From the NCBI GenBank assembly GCA_023229825.1, contig JALNYN010000002.1, forward strand, positions 17,789 through 81,788: a stretch of 64,000 bases of DNA, given 5' to 3'. This document shows, one piece after another, positions 1 through 10,238 of the stretch (position 1 is the stretch's first letter; the number at the start of each line of letters is the position of its first letter). Source of the stretch: Minisyncoccota bacterium. GTDB lineage: Bacteria > Patescibacteriota > Minisyncoccia > Phycocordibacterales > CAIJYI01. The notes beneath the pieces are model-generated. The model ran no database searches. It had not been told where the DNA came from and saw nothing but the letters and a program-made list of their open reading frames with translations. The translations under genes were made by a program, and so were the position numbers.

Positions 1-357
1 AAGCACTCGCTGTCCAACATTCCCGAACTCATCTTCAAAAACAAGTTTTAATCCATATGGATGAAATATAACCACTTCTGATTGACCGACAGTAAGTTTT
101 CTAATTTTTTTAAGCGGAATATCCTTTCCATTCAGAAACGAAGCTTTCCCTTTCAGTTTGTCATCTTGAATAAGAAAGTATGTTCCCTTTCTTTCAAGAA
201 AATAAAGAGTGCCACAAACTATCCAAAACCAAAAAGTTGATTGCAAAAATGGTAATTCGGAGAAGATAATATATTGTGCGAAGAAAAAATATATTATCCC
301 ATAACCGAAGAGTAGCTGTTTCTTACTGGGAGATAAATAATGATAGTTATTTTTCAT
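1..357 (-). CDS. Hypothetical 2-TM membrane protein, 5'-partial in window (runs off start); candidate immunity protein for the upstream RHS toxin
   Basis: Manual translation of minus strand from ATG at 355-357: MKNNYHYLSPSKKQLLFGYGIIYFFFAQYIIFSELPFLQSTFWFWIVCGTLYFLERKGTYFLIQDDKLKGKASF..., no stop to position 1. Two hydrophobic helices then a soluble part. Starts 8 nt after the TAA stop (366-368) of the RHS gene. Not in the supplied ORF track because it has no stop. Confidence 0.45.
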   Translation of the reverse strand, partial: MKNNYHYLSPSKKQLLFGYGIIYFFFAQYIIFSELPFLQSTFWFWIVCGTLYFLERKGTYFLIQDDKLKGKASFLNGKDIPLKKIRKLTVGQSEVVIFHPYGLKLVFEDEFGNVGQRVL

Positions 358-365
358 AAGGCGAT

Positions 366-3300
366 TTATTTCTTTTCGGTTTTTGTTGATAATGTCGCCA
401 TCATAGACGTCAGTACTTGAGTAAGTTGACCTAACTGTGCTCGAAGTTGCTCCGTTACAGATCGCGCACTTCCGAGAGATGCACCAATAGAAACGGGGGC
501 TCTACCAGCGGGATTTGGAATTTGTTGACCGATACGAGTACCTATAAATCCACCGAGAAAATCTCCAAACAGAGCAGTGGAATTAATTTGTCCAGTTGTT
601 TGATTTTTTGCATTCCCGTTTGCAAGGGAAACAGCAACATTTCCAAGTCCGCCAGTTGCGGCCGTTAACACCTTTGATCCTTGCGTTGTAATCGCTCCCG
701 CTACTGCAAGTCCATCAAAATATAGACCCGCTCCGACTACTCCGGCGGCAAGTAATGCTGCCGTTGTTGCATCTTTCGCGTACCGAATACCTGGGTACTC
801 TCCTCTTGCTTGAAGTATCGGGGCATCAGGATTTCTTCCTGAAACTATATCCTGATAGTTCTGATAGATATCACTTCCCCGATTCCATGTTACAGAGGTT
901 ACATAAGCTGCACCGGCGGCAATTATGAAAGGATTTCTTCCGTTCGGATCTTTGTTTGTTATTGGATTTCCGTTCGCGTAACTATAACTGTTTTGTGCCT
1001 GTGGATTAGTAAGTACGCTTCGTCCATCTCGAGTAAGACCTATCTCCCAAAATACGGGGTCTTGTGAGATGAACCGCCCACGCGCCCCCTCATAGTACCT
1101 CGCCTGCATATAATTGAGACCGCTCAGGCTGTCATTTTCCGTCCCCGTATACTTCCTTTTCTCTGCATAAGAACCTACTTTATCATCTACCCTCATTGTA
1201 CCATACGGATAGTAATCCACCGCTTCGACAAGGTTTCCATTCTGATCGGTCACCACATTCGTCCCGCCAAGATGGTCGGTATGGATATACCTCACCGTAC
1301 TCGTAGCGGTTGCTTCTTCTCCATTAGAAGAAATGAGCCGTATATCATCCCAATACACCGTCCCCGCACTCGCTCTCATTCCGGCAAATCCGGTAAGCGT
1401 CGTGCTTGCGGCCGATAGATCGGCAAGCGGAATGTCGACGTCATACCACGTATTTGCGGAAAGCGAACCGCCGGGAATGTAATCTGCGAGAGTTATCTGG
1501 GCGAGCCAGCCGTCCGGTCCGTACGAATCGATGTAAATGCCCGCATCGGCGTCGGGTACGCGGACAGAGAAGGAGAAATGAGTGGAAGTCGCGGTACTTA
1601 CTCCTGAACTATGAAGATAGAGCCCTGTCCATGAATCAGAGTGGGTCGCTTTGAGTGAATATGTTCCGATGCGTACAGGGCTTGAGTTGGAAGGATCGAG
1701 AGTTGTCCCCCAAGACCAGTTATCCCAACCGTTTATGGAATCGGAATAGATGGAAGAAACGGTGGTCGTGCTTTGATTTTGAGTATTTTTGGACTCTATG
1801 GTAGATACGAGAAGATCTCCGGCAAAGATGTGTTTGGTGATTGTGCCGGTAGTGCCTATTTGGTTAAAGTATTTATTCGGGAAATATGTCGTGGTACCAT
1901 CTTCTGTCAGTTTAACACGATTTCCGGAGTGATCGTAGGTGTAGGTTGAGGTGCTGGTAGCGCTGGTGCTTTGTATCAGTCGGTTTTTGTAGTCCCACGA
2001 ATAAGCGAGTGTTCCGTCCGAGGTGAGGTTGCCATTCGCATCATACGAAAGGGTTGTGGTGGATGTTCCGCTTGTCGTGGTCGTGGCGGGGGCGAATGTG
2101 GCGAGCGAATGCGCGGCGCAGTCGTAGGAAGCGGTCGTTTCTTTCATAGTATACGTACCGGAAGATGTGGCGAGTTTATAGCTTCCGATACCGGTGCCGC
2201 CGGATAAATTCATGAGAGCCGTCTGTCCTGCCGCAATAGAGAACGATCCGATATTGCCGTTCAAAGCGTCGATCACAAGCGCTCCCGACACAGTGGAGGT
2301 TGAAACGGAATGATCCATGACCCAATCCGTATTGGCGCCGGCATTCGAGTACGGCTGGCCGGTTTGCGCCACGCCGGTGAAGGTCGAGGCATAGGAGTCG
2401 ATGTTTGTCACGGAGCCGGTAAGCGTAATGACAACGTTGTGCGATCCCGATGCAGGATCGGGAAGATACCAAAGTTCGGAACAGCCGCTTATCGAATCGT
2501 AATCGTCGGCACGGACTTTGGTTAGCGATGCGCCGTTATAGGTTACGCCCGAGACTACGCGGTTTCCGGGGGTGCCCGGCTCATAGATCGATGTTCCCAC
2601 CACGAGCATTCTGTTATTTCCGCTTCCGGTCGTATGGCTGAAAGTAACCGAGCTCACTCCTTGAGATGAATCTGTCGAAGTCGCCTCGAAAGCGATCGTT
2701 TCGGTGCTGGTGGTTGCCGGTTTGAATGATGCCGTGAGCATGGACCAGTCTTGGCTTGCTGACCCGGTATAGATATCGGTGTAATTTCCGGTTGTGGTCG
2801 CGATACCATAACTTGCGGCGGCGAGGGTTGAACCGGTGAAGTCTTTAAAGAGCGAGGTTTTTGAAGTGGTGGCATTTGCGGTGGAGAAACGCGAAAGGGT
2901 TGAAACCACAATGTCGTTTACGTTCGGAACAGAGAGCGTGGTGCTCGGGTTTCCATTCGTACCGGTGGCGGAAGCGATGGCATCGGGCGAGGTTGCCGCG
3001 GCGTTCGTAAAGGAACTGGCGGAGAGTTTTATCGCATCGGTATCGCCCGTTATATTGACGGACATCGTTTTTGCGCCGGTGGTGGTGGCAAAAAGATACC
3101 AGATCTCCGATGACATCCCCATCATTCTCGTTGAACTTGCTTTTGTGAACGCGCCGCCGTTCCATGTGGCGGAAGATATTGAGCCGGTGCCGGCAACATC
3201 CTGCCAGATGTCAGCAGTAAGGATAATGATCGGATTTGTTCCCGTTACGGTATGCATCCAGGTTTTTGTAGTGGAGCCGCTCCAGCCATTCGATATGCTT

Positions 3301-6300
3301 GTCGTGGTCGAATCGAGCGCAGGGGTGGAAGCGGAAACACTTCCATCTGATCCGTTCGCTGTTATCGAAGTCACCGCATGCGGATTCGCGTAGTTGGTGC
3401 CGTCATACGCATATACTCCCGCTAAAGTTGAAGACGAGATGTTTCCAATGGCATTGTAAGTGAAGGTTTGACTAAAAGGCGTGGAGCTCGCCATCGTCGT
3501 CGAAGCGGTAAGCAAACGATTCAGATCGTCATAAGTGTAGTTGATGGTTTTTGCTAATCCTGTATTAGCGGAAGCATCTGCGATCTGTGTGATGTTCGCG
3601 TTTTCGTCGTAGGAGTAGGAGATATTTTGAATAGTGCCGTTTGATGTATTTTTATTATTTAAGCGATATAAATGATCCTCGTCATACGTATTTGTCGTTA
3701 CAACTCCGTTCGTATAATTTATAACCGTCGGCTGACCTGTCGGCGAATAATCAAAGTTCGATACTACATTACTGAACGATCCTCCGTTTTCTTTTTCTTC
3801 GACTTTTTCAATGAGATTTGCGGCATTGTAGGTGTATTTTATTTGAGAACCGTCGGGATGCGTGATGAATGTTTGATTGCCTTGTCGGTCGTAGTCGTAA
3901 GCGGTCGCGTATGGCGTTCCGGAAATGGTCGATGTCGCGATCTTGGTTTGTCCGATCGGCGTGTACTCATAAGATATGAGGGTTGCGGTTGAACTCGCAG
4001 TACAAAGACGCGTTTTTCCGTTCGTACAGTTGTCGTAGGTGTAGGTTGTTTCCGTACCTGATTGACCCATGTAATCTTCCGTTGATGGGCGATTAAGCTC
4101 GTCAAAAGTGTAATTCACGGTCTGACTCTTCGGATCAACGGACTGTGTTTGATTATTGGCGTCATCATACGCATAGGTCCATGTTCCATAGGTGCCGTCG
4201 CCGGAAGCGTGGAGGTCTTCGGCGGTTGTGCGTCGTCCGAGTTTGTCGTAGGTGAAATTGCGGATATTTGAAAGCGCGTCGGTAATTTTTGTGAGGTTTC
4301 CCAACAAATTATATTCGTAATTCGTGGTATACGTGTCGCCGCTGTTTTTTTCTTCCACCTTCACGAGATTTCCGTACGCGTCTTTGGTGAGTATTTTTTG
4401 TTTTCCGCGCGCATCTGTGGTAGTAACTTTCCAGTCATCGTAGGCGTTGGTTGTACTACCAACCGCGTTTAATATTTCCGTTACGCGTCCGAGCGGGTCA
4501 TAGGTATATGTTGCGTACAAATTAGTTTCTGCTGTGGCACTCGTTCTCGCAGTACTCGAAGCGAAATATGGGAGCGATTCTTTTTCTATCAAGCCGCGAT
4601 CATTGAACGACACATCTCTTACTGCATACGTATTACTCCCTTCCGATTGCGAACGGATTTGTATCGTTCTACCAAGGCCGTCTTTATAGACGTAAACAGT
4701 ATTCGTTAAGGATGGATTGAGATAATTTGTTTTTTGTACTGCAACCTCAAGTGGCGTATCGGTATAGGTATACGCTGATTTGGTTACGAGTGTTCTGGGA
4801 TTTGTTTGATCGGGCTGTTTTTCCGCGACGACGCGATCTATGCCGTCATACTCAACGGCAAAAACTAGTCCGTTTTCATCGGTCGTGGTCGCAACTTTTC
4901 CGGATGAATAATCGTAAAGGAAATTTTGTGTTTGTCCGAGCGAGTTAGTGGATGTGGCAACAAAAAGATCATACGTGTCATACGAATAGTTCGTCGCATT
5001 TCCTCGCGGGTCTGCCTGTTGTGTGACGAGCCCATAGGTTCCGTCGTAAACTTTGGTAGTGCTAGCATACGCACTACCTGAAATAAGTTTTTCTTCTTTG
5101 GTCGAGTTTCCCGCCGAGGCATAACCGAAGGAAAGTCCGTCGTAATACCATTTCGTATCTTTGACGGTATTGTCGGATTGATCGGTTACCAACTGGCGCG
5201 ACGGCAAAGAAATTACGCTATTAGTGGAACTGGCCGCATAACTGTAGGCGTAGGTGGCCTTATCAGTACCAGTATCGGTAAATGATCCGTCATTGCTTCC
5301 ACTTACTTCGCCCCATAATACTTTCTGAGAAAGGTTTCCGGTGCTGTCGTTATGGGAATACGCTTCGGCTTTATCCTTGTGTGTTCCATTCCCATCAAAA
5401 TCTTCTTCGGTCGATTGGACGAGTTTTACAAAAGTAGAGCTTGCAGTAATGCTGTATTTGTCCCACTTGTTGACGGTCAGCGAATAGAGATTATTGGCGT
5501 CGTCATATTTTTCAACACGATAGGGTTTGTTTATTTTTGAAATGTGATCGTTGTATTCGCCGTTCGTTGAGTCGGATGTGTTGCCTTGGTGATAATAGGT
5601 TTTTGTAACATTTCCTTCTTCATCGGTTTTGGTTATTTTCGCGAATCCTGCAAATTTTTTGTCGAGCGGATCGGAATGGTAATATACTCCGTCGGAATAG
5701 AGATAGGTTGTCGTCGAAACCGTTCCTCCAAAACCCGCATCCGTTGCAATTCCTTTTACAACTGTGAAATTATATTGCAAATTCGGATTCGGTTGTGAAT
5801 CGTCGTCGGCAAGCTCGGCGCTATTCGCATATTCGACCGTCGTTACCGCCCCTTGTTCTCCAGTAATGCGATTCAAGAGATCGGCTTTTTCTCCATTTTT
5901 GATCCAAACATAATGATTTTGATAATCATTCCTTATTACATCAGGAAGACCATCACCATTGACGTCTTCGACGTTTACCCCAAGGTCTTTAAAAATGTTC
6001 CCTCCTTGGTATTCCATTACATCTGTAGGAAAAGTCGACGATGCTTCCACCCAACTCGAACCGGTATTAATATAAACATCGCGCCCATCCGCACTACCGA
6101 CAAAGTCAGTAAATCCATCACCATTAACATCAGCAAATCGGTAACCCGTATCCCACCCAATTCCATCTAAAAAAATTGTAGGAGGTACAAATGATGGAGT
6201 TTCTTGCCAGCCGTGTCCTATATTTAAATATCCAATATGCTTTGGTAAATACGCGCCACCGATATAATCTCGAGACACCAACACGTCCGCAAGTCCATCA

Positions 6301-8105
6301 TTATTCAAATCCACAATACGCACCCCCGCATCATTTCCACCAGAAACAACTTCCGTCGGAAACGTCCACGAAGTATCCTGAACAAACTGACTTCCGTTAT
6401 TTATATATGTCCCATCATCTCCCGTAATGTCAGTTAAACCGTCTCCATTAACATCCACAAGGCGCACACCACGATCGATTGATGAAAATCCGTTTGTGTT
6501 CACAAAATATACGGGAGGCGTCCAGTTGTTCGTGGCGGACCAGCCGCTTGCGCTTCCCAAATAGACAGCTTTATATGAAGCTCCTTGCCATCTCGATACT
6601 ATTTCATCAACATATCCATCGCCGTTCAGGTCGACAAAACGTAGTCCTGAATCATAAGGTTGCATAAATAATTCCGGTGAATCATATCCCGTTGTAGTCG
6701 CCCATGTCAATCCGGTATTCTCATGTTCGTAATAGACGGGATACAGACCTCCCCAGCTCCAGTTGAGATCAGGAAGGCTGTCTCCATTGAAATCAAGTAC
6801 TCTTCCACCGCCGTCTCCTCCTGTTGGTCCGGTAAAATAATGACCACCGGGCAATCGCCATTTATTCGGATCGGTATTTTCGGTCCAACCTTCCGTACTA
6901 GTGGAATATCCGAACTCGACGGCGGGAAGCGTCGTTGTACCGAGACTGCTGTCCCAGCCCGATTCTTCGGCGGAAACAAGAAGCGAGCGCAGTCCGCTGT
7001 TGCCTGCGTCATATGACAATACGTATCTATGTGTAACTTCTCCGTTCGTTTTGATACGAATTTCTTTTATTTGCTTTTTTGTGGCGACAGAAAAGCCTGA
7101 AACTGAAGAAGTTGCTACATCATTGCGATCTTCCCGTAAAAATTCAACAAGAAAAATACCGGAAAGGCTCGGATTATTGGTATATGAAATGGAAGAAGGA
7201 TAGATCTGTCCTGCGTCTTTATAATATGAATAATCTACCGAGTTGCCGTTGGTATCGCGAACTTGTTCGAGCATCCATTTATATATTTGCGAACCATCAG
7301 ACGGATTATCTTGTCTTGTTGAAGTGGAATAGCCGAGCGAGTATGTATTGCCGGACTTTGTTGTAATAAGCCACGCGTTATTCGTCAAAAGATATGAATT
7401 AAAATTTCCATTTTCAACTTTTGCGCGGTAGGTACTCGTTGATGTTTGTACCAGTTCACCATCCAAGCTGGAAGTAAAATAATTTTGACCGAACATTTTA
7501 TCCGTACCGGTCTTATTCATGCGTTCTATGTAAGGAATATTATGGGACCATCCGTATCCAAAGATCGAATTTTCTTTACTTTGGCTATTGTACCGCAGTG
7601 CGAGGCCTGGTTCCATTCCGTTTCTTCCGGGAGGAACTTTGATCGGGTATTCGTAAACGAGAGCACCGGTGAGCTCATCGGTTTTTATATTTTTTCCATT
7701 TACAACATTCTCAAGCGGTCTTGGACCGCCTTCATCCCCAGTAAGTGTCGACATCGATTCCGACTCTGTGGGGGTTTCTTCCTGTGACAAAGGCGTATCT
7801 ACTGCAGGCTCTATTGAGTCTTCAGAAGGAGAAACCACTTCTTCGGAAGTTTCAAGCGCCGGACCCTCGACAATCGGGGTTATTTCACTACTTCCCGGCA
7901 AAGCATCACCGGAACCCAAAGAGTCAATTGCTTCTTCTAAATTGAGCGACGCAACCGGCTCTGCGGGCGTAATTGCTTCCGAAGAAGTATTGGTTATCTC
8001 CGGAGCACTTATCGATTCTTCCGCAAAAACTTGGGACAGCGGAAAACTTAGGGTGATATTAATAATAGTTACGACGCTTACAAAAACTTTTTTTATACGG
8101 AACAT
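366..8105 (-). CDS. Giant secreted RHS/YD-repeat polymorphic toxin (TcB/TcC-like fusion): signal peptide, acidic linker, SpvB/TcdB N-terminal domain, FG-GAP beta-propeller repeats, YD repeats with inserted beta-sandwich domains, RHS core, variable Gly/Ala-rich C-terminal toxin domain
   Basis: Signal peptide MFRIKKVFVSVVTIINITLSFPLSQVFA. SpvB-type motif: YEYPIKVPPGRNGMEPGLALRYNSQSKENSIFGYGWSHNIPYIER. Six VDxNGDGxxD (FG-GAP) repeats. Many YD repeats (YTYDPLGRVTEI, FTYDKLGRRTT, YTYDHSGNRVKL). RHS core RYIHTDHLGGTNVVTDQNGNLVEAVDYYPYGT...RYYEGARGRFISQDPV. About 250 aa follow the core with glycine-zipper-like stretches (AAGVVGAGLYFDGLAVAGAI, GGLGNVAVSLANG). An internal duplicated domain pair (two WYL-containing ~150-aa segments) lies inside the repeat shell. 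Confidence 0.9.
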   Translation of the reverse strand: MFRIKKVFVSVVTIINITLSFPLSQVFAEESISAPEITNTSSEAITPAEPVASLNLEEAIDSLGSGDALPGSSEITPIVEGPALETSEEVVSPSEDSIEPAVDTPLSQEETPTESESMSTLTGDEGGPRPLENVVNGKNIKTDELTGALVYEYPIKVPPGRNGMEPGLALRYNSQSKENSIFGYGWSHNIPYIERMNKTGTDKMFGQNYFTSSLDGELVQTSTSTYRAKVENGNFNSYLLTNNAWLITTKSGNTYSLGYSTSTRQDNPSDGSQIYKWMLEQVRDTNGNSVDYSYYKDAGQIYPSSISYTNNPSLSGIFLVEFLREDRNDVATSSVSGFSVATKKQIKEIRIKTNGEVTHRYVLSYDAGNSGLRSLLVSAEESGWDSSLGTTTLPAVEFGYSTSTEGWTENTDPNKWRLPGGHYFTGPTGGDGGGRVLDFNGDSLPDLNWSWGGLYPVYYEHENTGLTWATTTGYDSPELFMQPYDSGLRFVDLNGDGYVDEIVSRWQGASYKAVYLGSASGWSATNNWTPPVYFVNTNGFSSIDRGVRLVDVNGDGLTDITGDDGTYINNGSQFVQDTSWTFPTEVVSGGNDAGVRIVDLNNDGLADVLVSRDYIGGAYLPKHIGYLNIGHGWQETPSFVPPTIFLDGIGWDTGYRFADVNGDGFTDFVGSADGRDVYINTGSSWVEASSTFPTDVMEYQGGNIFKDLGVNVEDVNGDGLPDVIRNDYQNHYVWIKNGEKADLLNRITGEQGAVTTVEYANSAELADDDSQPNPNLQYNFTVVKGIATDAGFGGTVSTTTYLYSDGVYYHSDPLDKKFAGFAKITKTDEEGNVTKTYYHQGNTSDSTNGEYNDHISKINKPYRVEKYDDANNLYSLTVNKWDKYSITASSTFVKLVQSTEEDFDGNGTHKDKAEAYSHNDSTGNLSQKVLWGEVSGSNDGSFTDTGTDKATYAYSYAASSTNSVISLPSRQLVTDQSDNTVKDTKWYYDGLSFGYASAGNSTKEEKLISGSAYASTTKVYDGTYGLVTQQADPRGNATNYSYDTYDLFVATSTNSLGQTQNFLYDYSSGKVATTTDENGLVFAVEYDGIDRVVAEKQPDQTNPRTLVTKSAYTYTDTPLEVAVQKTNYLNPSLTNTVYVYKDGLGRTIQIRSQSEGSNTYAVRDVSFNDRGLIEKESLPYFASSTARTSATAETNLYATYTYDPLGRVTEILNAVGSTTNAYDDWKVTTTDARGKQKILTKDAYGNLVKVEEKNSGDTYTTNYEYNLLGNLTKITDALSNIRNFTYDKLGRRTTAEDLHASGDGTYGTWTYAYDDANNQTQSVDPKSQTVNYTFDELNRPSTEDYMGQSGTETTYTYDNCTNGKTRLCTASSTATLISYEYTPIGQTKIATSTISGTPYATAYDYDRQGNQTFITHPDGSQIKYTYNAANLIEKVEEKENGGSFSNVVSNFDYSPTGQPTVINYTNGVVTTNTYDEDHLYRLNNKNTSNGTIQNISYSYDENANITQIADASANTGLAKTINYTYDDLNRLLTASTTMASSTPFSQTFTYNAIGNISSSTLAGVYAYDGTNYANPHAVTSITANGSDGSVSASTPALDSTTTSISNGWSGSTTKTWMHTVTGTNPIIILTADIWQDVAGTGSISSATWNGGAFTKASSTRMMGMSSEIWYLFATTTGAKTMSVNITGDTDAIKLSASSFTNAAATSPDAIASATGTNGNPSTTLSVPNVNDIVVSTLSRFSTANATTSKTSLFKDFTGSTLAAASYGIATTTGNYTDIYTGSASQDWSMLTASFKPATTSTETIAFEATSTDSSQGVSSVTFSHTTGSGNNRMLVVGTSIYEPGTPGNRVVSGVTYNGASLTKVRADDYDSISGCSELWYLPDPASGSHNVVITLTGSVTNIDSYASTFTGVAQTGQPYSNAGANTDWVMDHSVSTSTVSGALVIDALNGNIGSFSIAAGQTALMNLSGGTGIGSYKLATSSGTYTMKETTASYDCAAHSLATFAPATTTTSGTSTTTLSYDANGNLTSDGTLAYSWDYKNRLIQSTSATSTSTYTYDHSGNRVKLTEDGTTTYFPNKYFNQIGTTGTITKHIFAGDLLVSTIESKNTQNQSTTTVSSIYSDSINGWDNWSWGTTLDPSNSSPVRIGTYSLKATHSDSWTGLYLHSSGVSTATSTHFSFSVRVPDADAGIYIDSYGPDGWLAQITLADYIPGGSLSANTWYDVDIPLADLSAASTTLTGFAGMRASAGTVYWDDIRLISSNGEEATATSTVRYIHTDHLGGTNVVTDQNGNLVEAVDYYPYGTMRVDDKVGSYAEKRKYTGTENDSLSGLNYMQARYYEGARGRFISQDPVFWEIGLTRDGRSVLTNPQAQNSYSYANGNPITNKDPNGRNPFIIAAGAAYVTSVTWNRGSDIYQNYQDIVSGRNPDAPILQARGEYPGIRYAKDATTAALLAAGVVGAGLYFDGLAVAGAITTQGSKVLTAATGGLGNVAVSLANGNAKNQTTGQINSTALFGDFLGGFIGTRIGQQIPNPAGRAPVSIGASLGSARSVTEQLRAQLGQLTQVLTSMMATLSTKTEKK

Positions 8106-8343
8106 ATAAAAACAAAAAAGGTTGATAAAAAATACTCAAATTAAAAAAATATTGCAATGATATCATTATCATAACAGAGAGCAGATAAAATCCTGATAAA
8201 GTCTCATAGGGAGATTTCATTATTATTTGTGGCTCTATTTTTGCTTTTTTTAATTTTTTTTATATTTTTTATGAAGTTATCCACAGGTACTTTTTGACAG
8301 TATTTTTAAACAAAAATTATTCGGGATAACATCTAGTCGACAA

Positions 8344-8384
8344 CAACGTGGATCCCGGGTCGCAGCCCGGGATGACGACGACTT
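8344..8384 (-). repeat. GC-rich double-hairpin palindromic element (family C: ATCCCGGG-N6-CCCGGGAT core), partial copy, reverse orientation
   Basis: acaacgtggatcccgggtcgcagcccgggatgacgacgac is the reverse complement of the consensus seen at 23167, 54543, 42914 and 58128. Confidence 0.7.
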
Positions 8385-8457
8385 TAAAGAGGTCTATCAA
8401 AAAACAACGCGAGAAACTCGTGTTGTTCGTTTAATTGTTCCCTTGTTCGTATCCGTT

Positions 8458-8715
8458 TTACCGTATGTCTTTAACGGTCTTTTCCTTTAATATATTGTTT
8501 ATTTTTTCAAGTATTCCGCGTTTGTTCATATACACCTCGTTTTTTACAGCGGAAGGAACTAAAAGAAACAAAACTCCATCTTTTACCTCCATTTCCTGTT
8601 TATCTATCTTTATACCGACCGCCTCAAAGATCGCGGGCTGTGCCGCTTCTTTTACGGTATCTCCCGGCGGTTCGATCCGTTTGAATTTTTCGAGATAAGA
8701 GGAGATGTTGAACAT
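8458..8715 (-). CDS. Small DUF721/DciA-like protein downstream of dnaN
   Basis: 85 aa. The position after dnaN on the same strand is typical of the dnaA-dnaN-DUF721 arrangement. Sequence ...VKDGVLFLLVPSAVKNEVYMNKRGILEKIN... Family assignment is from memory of context, not a search. Confidence 0.5.
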   Translation of the reverse strand: MFNISSYLEKFKRIEPPGDTVKEAAQPAIFEAVGIKIDKQEMEVKDGVLFLLVPSAVKNEVYMNKRGILEKINNILKEKTVKDIR

Positions 8716-8814
8716 TCGAAGTTATAAAGTTTATCAAGTTCATCAAGTTTATAAAGTCCACCGATCGCCGTACGTACTTGATAAACTTGATGAACTTTAT
8801 AACTTGATAAACTA

Positions 8815-9918
8815 TTATGTCGTGAGAGGCATCACCAAGTACATAAATGACTGATCCGATACCCCGCGTATCACCAGAGGCCTTCCCTCGCCTGAGAAAC
8901 GGAAAGTGATGCTGTCTTGCTTAAGTGATTGAAAACAATCGATAAGATATTTCTGATTAAAACCGCACGAGATATTTTTTCCAGACAAAGAAGCGTCTAC
9001 AACGGTCATATTCTCGCCGGCTGTGGAATTTTTTGATTCGGTGATAAATTTCTTTCCGGAAACATCGACGGAAACATCGACCCGATTGAATTTGTCGGAA
9101 AACAGATTGGTTACCTTGAGTGCGTTCATGATATCCTGCTTTAGAACAGTCGCTTCCGTCGCATAATCTTTAGGGATTATTTGCTGATAATCGGGAAAAA
9201 TACCGTCAACGATCCGAGAGGTCACGTAAATATCTTTATCGGCAAGAGAAAAAGATATCTGATTCTTGCTCACATTGATATTCACACTTCCGGTTACTCC
9301 ATCAAATACGCGAAGTATTTCCACGATATTTTTTTGAGGTATCAATACGTGTTTGAATGAGGTTTTTTCTTTAAGGAACACTTTCTTTTCCGCCAGACGG
9401 AAAGAATCGGTCGCGGCAAAAATGATATTTTCCCCCTCGGAATAGATGCAAACGCTCGCTATCTCCGGCTTCATATCGGAAATGGATGCGCTATACCAAA
9501 CGCTTTTCACGCCGTCCACAAACTTATCCACCGGCATAGCAAAGGCATCGGTACCGGAAACGACGGGAAGCGTCGGAAAATCCTCGTGCGGAAGGCATTT
9601 AAGCACGGATCGCCCATTGGAAGACTTTAATACCATATTCTCAGAAGATGTTTCGAGCGAAACTTTTTGGTCATAGATCGAGGATAGAACGCCGGAAAGA
9701 AGATTACCCTGAATGACCAGCGTACCCTCCTCGGAAACCTGTGCGGGAATCTCCATTTCAATACCGACATCCAGATTGGTGGCGCGAAGAAGAAGTTTAT
9801 TGTTTTTTGCCGAGAAGAGTATTCCCCCAAGTACCGGAAGAGACAGATTTTTTCCGACCATCCTTTCGGCTAGTCCGACCGCATTTTTAAGTACGTCTTT
9901 TGAGCATTCTAGTTTCAT
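8815..9918 (-). CDS. dnaN: DNA polymerase III beta subunit (sliding clamp)
   Basis: 367 aa, MKLECSKDVLKNAVGLAERMVGKNLSLPVLGGILF... is a typical DnaN N-terminus with a three-domain length; sits directly downstream of dnaA. Confidence 0.9.
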   Translation of the reverse strand: MKLECSKDVLKNAVGLAERMVGKNLSLPVLGGILFSAKNNKLLLRATNLDVGIEMEIPAQVSEEGTLVIQGNLLSGVLSSIYDQKVSLETSSENMVLKSSNGRSVLKCLPHEDFPTLPVVSGTDAFAMPVDKFVDGVKSVWYSASISDMKPEIASVCIYSEGENIIFAATDSFRLAEKKVFLKEKTSFKHVLIPQKNIVEILRVFDGVTGSVNINVSKNQISFSLADKDIYVTSRIVDGIFPDYQQIIPKDYATEATVLKQDIMNALKVTNLFSDKFNRVDVSVDVSGKKFITESKNSTAGENMTVVDASLSGKNISCGFNQKYLIDCFQSLKQDSITFRFSGEGRPLVIRGVSDQSFMYLVMPLTT

Positions 9919-9989
9919 AAATCAAAGTTGTTAACAACTACTATAATATAAGTATTTATTTTTTTAGAAACGATTACTATTATTAGGAC

Positions 9990-10165
9990 TGTTGATAAGT
10001 GGATAAACCGATTATATCCTTATTTGAATTGGTAATTTAGATTTCGCTCTGTGGATATTCGGCGCATTGCGTATTGGATATAAATGAACAACTTTCGCTT
10101 TTATTTTTTTATTCGATTTTTTCCACAACGATATTAACTTTTTTCCACAGGGTTATACACAACAC
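9990..10165. promoter_or_regulatory. oriC: DnaA-box cluster in the dnaN-dnaA intergenic region (candidate oriC core)
   Basis: Five 9-mers within 1 mismatch of TTATCCACA: agtggataa 9998-10006, tgtggatat 10050-10058, ttttccaca 10117-10125, ttttccaca 10141-10149, ttatacaca 10153-10161. Followed (10170-10245) by A-rich heptamer arrays (AAAAGTn) on both strands. Confidence 0.7.
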
Positions 10166-10238
10166 AGTCAAAAGTTAAAAGTAGAAAGTAAAAAGTGTTA
10201 GTCGTCGTTCTTTTAACTTTTAACTTTCCACTTTTTAC

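Noticed and set aside
2836-3393. 185-aa (+) ORF, and many other 60-150-aa ORFs on the opposite strand within 366-8105
   Set aside because: These are shadow ORFs inside the well-supported 2579-aa RHS gene with low-complexity translations. The same applies to 7669-8109(+), 15304-15738(+), 16395-16703(+), 23390-23929(+), 26420-26839(+) and 28329-29051(+).
8435-8698. 87-aa (+) ORF overlapping the DUF721-like gene
   Set aside because: The antisense partner 8458-8715(-) is co-oriented with dnaA-dnaN and has a more protein-like composition.
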